Source: Armatimonadota bacterium (GTDB taxonomy: Bacteria; Sysuimicrobiota; Sysuimicrobiia; Sysuimicrobiales; Humicultoraceae). Taken from it: DNA of 17,297 nucleotides. Shown here in pieces: positions 14,021 to 17,297 of the stretch. Numbering within the stretch: the stretch's first letter is position 1; each line of letters begins with the position of its first letter. The position numbers and the translations under genes are program-made. The stretch covers positions 2,949 through 20,245 of the forward strand of contig JBBIJB010000042.1 of NCBI GenBank assembly GCA_037446215.1. Reading direction: 5' to 3'. The notes under the pieces were generated by a model, which worked only from the letters and a program-made list of their open reading frames with translations, ran no database searches and was not told the origin of the DNA.

Positions 14021-14795
14021 CAACGCCTGCACCGGCCGGCCACGGCGAGATCTCGGCAGGGTACGCGACGCCGGCCAGGTACAGGCCGTGGGCCGGCGCC
14101 GGCGGCCCGGCGCGGCCGCCATCTCCGGAGCGCAGGATGGCCGCGGTCTCGCCGGGCGGCAGCCTGCCCCGCCCGACCTGCAGGAGGGTGCCGACTATCC
14201 TCCGTGCCATCTGGCGCAGGAATCGGTCTGCTCGCACGGTCACGACTGTGAAATCGTCCGTATCATCGATGCGGAGATCCCTGAGGGTGCATACGGTCGA
14301 AGCGGTCCGGGTGCCGGCTACCCGGAACGCGGCGAAGTCGTGTTCGCCCTCGAACGCCGCGCCAGCCGCCCGCATCGCGGCGAGGTCGAGGGGCTCGGGT
14401 ACGTGCAGGGCGTACCGCCGCAGCAGTACCGAAGGCCTCCTCCTCACCAGCAGCGCGTACCTGTAGGTCCTGAGTCGTGCGCTGTATCGCGCATGGAAGG
14501 CCGGGCCGACCTCTGCCGCCTCGCGGACGACGATATCGTCGGGAAGCATCGCGTTGAGGGCTTCGCGCATCCGACCTGCGGGCATGCCGCCTGTGGTCGA
14601 GAAGTGCCCCACCTGCCCCAGTGCATGCACGCCGGCGTCCGTCCTGCCCGCGCCGACCACCGGGCACGGGGCCTGGGTGAGGGCGGCCAGGGTCTCCTCC
14701 AGGACCGCCTGGACTGTCCGGGCCTCGGGCTGGCGTTGCCACCCCGCGAAGTCCGTGCCGTCATACTCGAGCAGCAGGGCGATCCTGCGCGGCAC
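14013..14795 (-). CDS. truA: tRNA pseudouridine(38-40) synthase
   Basis: EYDGTDFAGWQRQ, GAGRTDAGVHALGQ (catalytic Asp), FHARYSA, GEHDFAAF, FLRQMARRIVG, APAHGLYL. Confidence 0.97.
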   Translation of the reverse strand: MPRRIALLLEYDGTDFAGWQRQPEARTVQAVLEETLAALTQAPCPVVGAGRTDAGVHALGQVGHFSTTGGMPAGRMREALNAMLPDDIVVREAAEVGPAFHARYSARLRTYRYALLVRRRPSVLLRRYALHVPEPLDLAAMRAAGAAFEGEHDFAAFRVAGTRTASTVCTLRDLRIDDTDDFTVVTVRADRFLRQMARRIVGTLLQVGRGRLPPGETAAILRSGDGGRAGPPAPAHGLYLAGVAYPAEISPWPAGAGVVL

Positions 14796-15592
14796 TAGCG
14801 GACCCGGATCACGAGGAAGGCGAACGCCGCCACCACCATGGAGGCAAGGAGATCGGCCGCCCGTGCCCGGAGGGCCTTCATGCGGGTGCGGCCTTCACCT
14901 CCGTGGTAGCACCTCGCCTCCATCGCCAGCGCGAGCTCCTCGGAGCGCCTGAAGGCGCTGACCATCAGGGGGACGAGGACGGGCACGAGCCCTTGGACTA
15001 TGTTCCCGCTGCCGAACTCCGCGCCGCGGGCCATCTGGGCCTTCATGATCTTCTCGGTCTCCTCCAGCAGCGTCGGTATGAACCGCAGGGCGATCGTCAT
15101 CATCATCGCCAGCTCGTGCGCCGGGACGCCTATCCGCCGGAACGGGCGGAGCAGCCACTCCAGCCCGTCGGTCAGCTCGACCGGGGAGGTCGTGAAGGTC
15201 AGAAGCGAGGTAACCGCCACCAGCAGTATCAGCCGAAGCCCAACGAACGCGGCCGTGCGCAGCCCGCCCTGGGTCGCGACCAGCGGGCCTAACCGGAACA
15301 GCTCGGGCGTCGGCTCTCCGGCGGCGAAGAACGTGTTGAGGACGGCCGTGAGCAGCAGGAGGACCGCTATCGGTCGAAGCCCTCTCAGCGCGTAGCCGAG
15401 CGGGACCTGGGCGAGGACCAGCGTGCCGAGCACGCCCGCGGCGAACAGAGCAAACCCCTGAAACGATGGAACGAAGAACAGGCCCACCAGCAGGCCGGTG
15501 GCGGAGACGATCTTGGTGCGGGGATCCAGCCTGTGCACCGACGAGGAGCGAGGCAGGTACTGGCCAATCGTGATGAACCTAGTGAGTTCCAT
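14795..15592 (-). CDS. ecfT: Energy-coupling factor transporter transmembrane component T
   Basis: GQYLP.SS.VHRLDPRTK, TTSPVELTDGLE, IALRFIPTLLEETEKI, and the two conserved Arg motifs AQMARG and AMEARCY. Confidence 0.95.
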   Translation of the reverse strand: MELTRFITIGQYLPRSSSVHRLDPRTKIVSATGLLVGLFFVPSFQGFALFAAGVLGTLVLAQVPLGYALRGLRPIAVLLLLTAVLNTFFAAGEPTPELFRLGPLVATQGGLRTAAFVGLRLILLVAVTSLLTFTTSPVELTDGLEWLLRPFRRIGVPAHELAMMMTIALRFIPTLLEETEKIMKAQMARGAEFGSGNIVQGLVPVLVPLMVSAFRRSEELALAMEARCYHGGEGRTRMKALRARAADLLASMVVAAFAFLVIRVR

Positions 15593-16451
15593 CCCGCCAG
15601 CCTCTGAGCGCCGCCGCTATCGCCCGGCGGGCCTCCGTTATGGAGAGGGCGTCCCCGACCGGGATTCCGCCCCGGCGCAGCATCCCGACGAGGCGCGCGG
15701 CCTGCGGCACCCCCAGCCCGATCCTGTCCAGCGCCTCCTCGTCGGCGAAGACCTCGGCCGGAGTTCCCTCCATCTCCACCCTGCCCGCCTCCAGCACGAT
15801 GATACGGGTGGCCAGGCGTGCCGCCTCGTCCATGTTGTGCGTCACGAGCACAACCGTCATGCCCTCGCCGTGAAGCGACAGGACCGTCTGTAGCAGGTCT
15901 TCCCTGCCGCGCGGGTCCAGCCCGGCCGTCGGTTCATCCAGGACTAGAACACTCGGGCGCATCGCCAGCACGCCGGCCATGGCGACGCGCCTCATCTCGC
16001 CGCCCGAGAGGGTAAAGGGTGATCGGCTCCCAAACCGAACAGGATCCAGCCCCACCTGTGCGAGTGCTTCTTCCACGCGCTCCTCTATCTCCGGTTCGGC
16101 GAGGCCCAGGTTCTTTGGGCCGTATGACACGTCCCGCCTCACGGTCTCTTCGAACAGTTGGTACTCGGGGAACTGGAACAAGAGGCCGATACGCCGCCGG
16201 GCCTTCCGCCGGTCGGTGCGCGGAGCCCAGAGGTCCTCGCCCTCGACCAGGACCGTCCCCGAGGTCGGCCGGAGCAGGCCGTTGAAGTGCTGGATCAGCG
16301 TGGACTTCCCCGACCCCGTGGGGCCTATTACGGCCACCATCTCGCCACGGCTGACGCGGAGTGTGATGCCCTCAAGCGCCCTTGACTCCATAGGGGTGCC
16401 CCGGAGGTAGACGTGGGTGAGGTCGTTGCAGGCTATCAGCGGCTCAGCCAC
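15579..16451 (-). CDS. ecfA2: Energy-coupling factor transporter ATPase A2
   Basis: Walker A GPTGSGKST, FQFPEYQLFEETV, SPFTLSGGEMRRVA, LDEPTAGLDP, VTHNM. Confidence 0.95.
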   Translation of the reverse strand: MAEPLIACNDLTHVYLRGTPMESRALEGITLRVSRGEMVAVIGPTGSGKSTLIQHFNGLLRPTSGTVLVEGEDLWAPRTDRRKARRRIGLLFQFPEYQLFEETVRRDVSYGPKNLGLAEPEIEERVEEALAQVGLDPVRFGSRSPFTLSGGEMRRVAMAGVLAMRPSVLVLDEPTAGLDPRGREDLLQTVLSLHGEGMTVVLVTHNMDEAARLATRIIVLEAGRVEMEGTPAEVFADEEALDRIGLGVPQAARLVGMLRRGGIPVGDALSITEARRAIAAALRGWRDGTH

Positions 16452-17295
16452 GGCCCCGCCTCGCGCCGGCGGTCAGGGAGAGGAGCGTGCGCGCAAGGGA
16501 CTCAACGGTGTGGGCCTCTCCCTCGACCGGGATTCCGTCCTCACGCAGCCAGCGCGCGAGCTTGGCCATCGGCGGCAGATCAAGGCGTCCCCCCGAAGAG
16601 GAGGCGATGATGTCGAAGACCTCGCCCGGCGAGCCGTCCATGATGACGCGCCCCTCGTCGAGCGCAATGATCCTGTCGGCCTCGACCAGGTCCTCCATGG
16701 CGTGAGAGACCAGTATGACCGTCATGCCGGTGTCGCGGCGAAGGGCCCTGACCGTTGCCTGTACCTCCGCCCTACCAGCGGGATCGAGCATCGTCGTCGC
16801 CTCGTCGAGAACTAGGCACTCGGGTCGCATCGCGAGGATGCCCGCTATCGCGATACGCTGCTTCTGGCCTCCCGACAGCAGGTGCGGGGCGTGCCGCCTG
16901 AACGGGGTCATCTCGACCGCGGCGAGCGCCTCGTCCACGCGCTGGCGGATGGTGTCCGGGGGAAGCCCCAGATTCTCGGGGCCGAAGGCGACATCTTCCT
17001 CCACGACGGTCGCCACCAGCTGATTGTCCGGGTTCTGGAAGACCATCCCGACGCGCCGCCTGATCTCCCAGATGGAGGCTCTGTCGCGGGTATCCATCCC
17101 ACCCACGCGTACCGCGCCGGAGGTGGGCAACAGCAGGGCGTTGAGGTGCTTGGCCAGGGTGGACTTGCCCGAGCCGTTTCCCCCTATGATGCCCAGGTAC
17201 TCGCCCGTCTCCACGTCAAAGGAGATGCCGTCCAGGGCGACGACCGCCTGGGGGGTGTCGGGGTTGTAGGTGTGGTGGAGGTCTTGTACCTCGAG
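16444..17295 (-). CDS. ecfA1: Energy-coupling factor transporter ATPase A1 (5'-partial)
   Basis: GGNGSGKST, VFQNPDNQLVATVVEEDVAFGPENLG, LSGGQKQR, LDEAT. The frame stays open upstream of the track start (LEVQDLHHTYNPDTPQAVVALDGISFD) to the window edge, so the true start lies outside the window. Confidence 0.95.
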   Translation of the reverse strand, partial: LEVQDLHHTYNPDTPQAVVALDGISFDVETGEYLGIIGGNGSGKSTLAKHLNALLLPTSGAVRVGGMDTRDRASIWEIRRRVGMVFQNPDNQLVATVVEEDVAFGPENLGLPPDTIRQRVDEALAAVEMTPFRRHAPHLLSGGQKQRIAIAGILAMRPECLVLDEATTMLDPAGRAEVQATVRALRRDTGMTVILVSHAMEDLVEADRIIALDEGRVIMDGSPGEVFDIIASSSGGRLDLPPMAKLARWLREDGIPVEGEAHTVESLARTLLSLTAGARRGRG

Positions 17296-17297
17296 AA

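Overview
This is a high-GC (roughly 65-70% by eye) bacterial chromosomal window of mostly housekeeping and cell-envelope genes. Firmicutes-like elements include ecfA-ecfA'-ecfT-truA, an IreB/ReoM gene and sigma-H-like promoter motifs, alongside a type A RNase P RNA. A Terrabacteria lineage such as Armatimonadota or relatives is only an inference. From left to right: (1) a lower-GC, minus-strand multi-TM sensor-like gene running off the left edge, absent from the ORF track and preceded by a 23-aa peptide ORF; (2) an MFS transporter with a C-terminal extension (-); (3) a NamZ/DUF1343 hydrolase (+); (4) rnpB (-); (5) an RNase HI fused to a class A beta-lactamase-like serine hydrolase (-); (6) a C4 zinc-ribbon coiled-coil protein (-); (7) a DUF4760-like protein with a Pro- and Lys/Ala-rich tail (-); (8) tRNA-Val(TAC) (+); (9) a three-gene HlyD/ABC/FtsX-type exporter (+); (10) a minus-strand run, in transcription order, of ecfA1 (partial), ecfA2, ecfT, truA, tRNA(CAT, probably Ile2), ireB/reoM and murA. 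The most interesting items are the RNase HI/serine-hydrolase fusion, ireB/reoM directly upstream of its known target murA, and the small-peptide plus membrane-sensor cassette at the left edge. All family assignments come from motif recognition by eye, not database searches.
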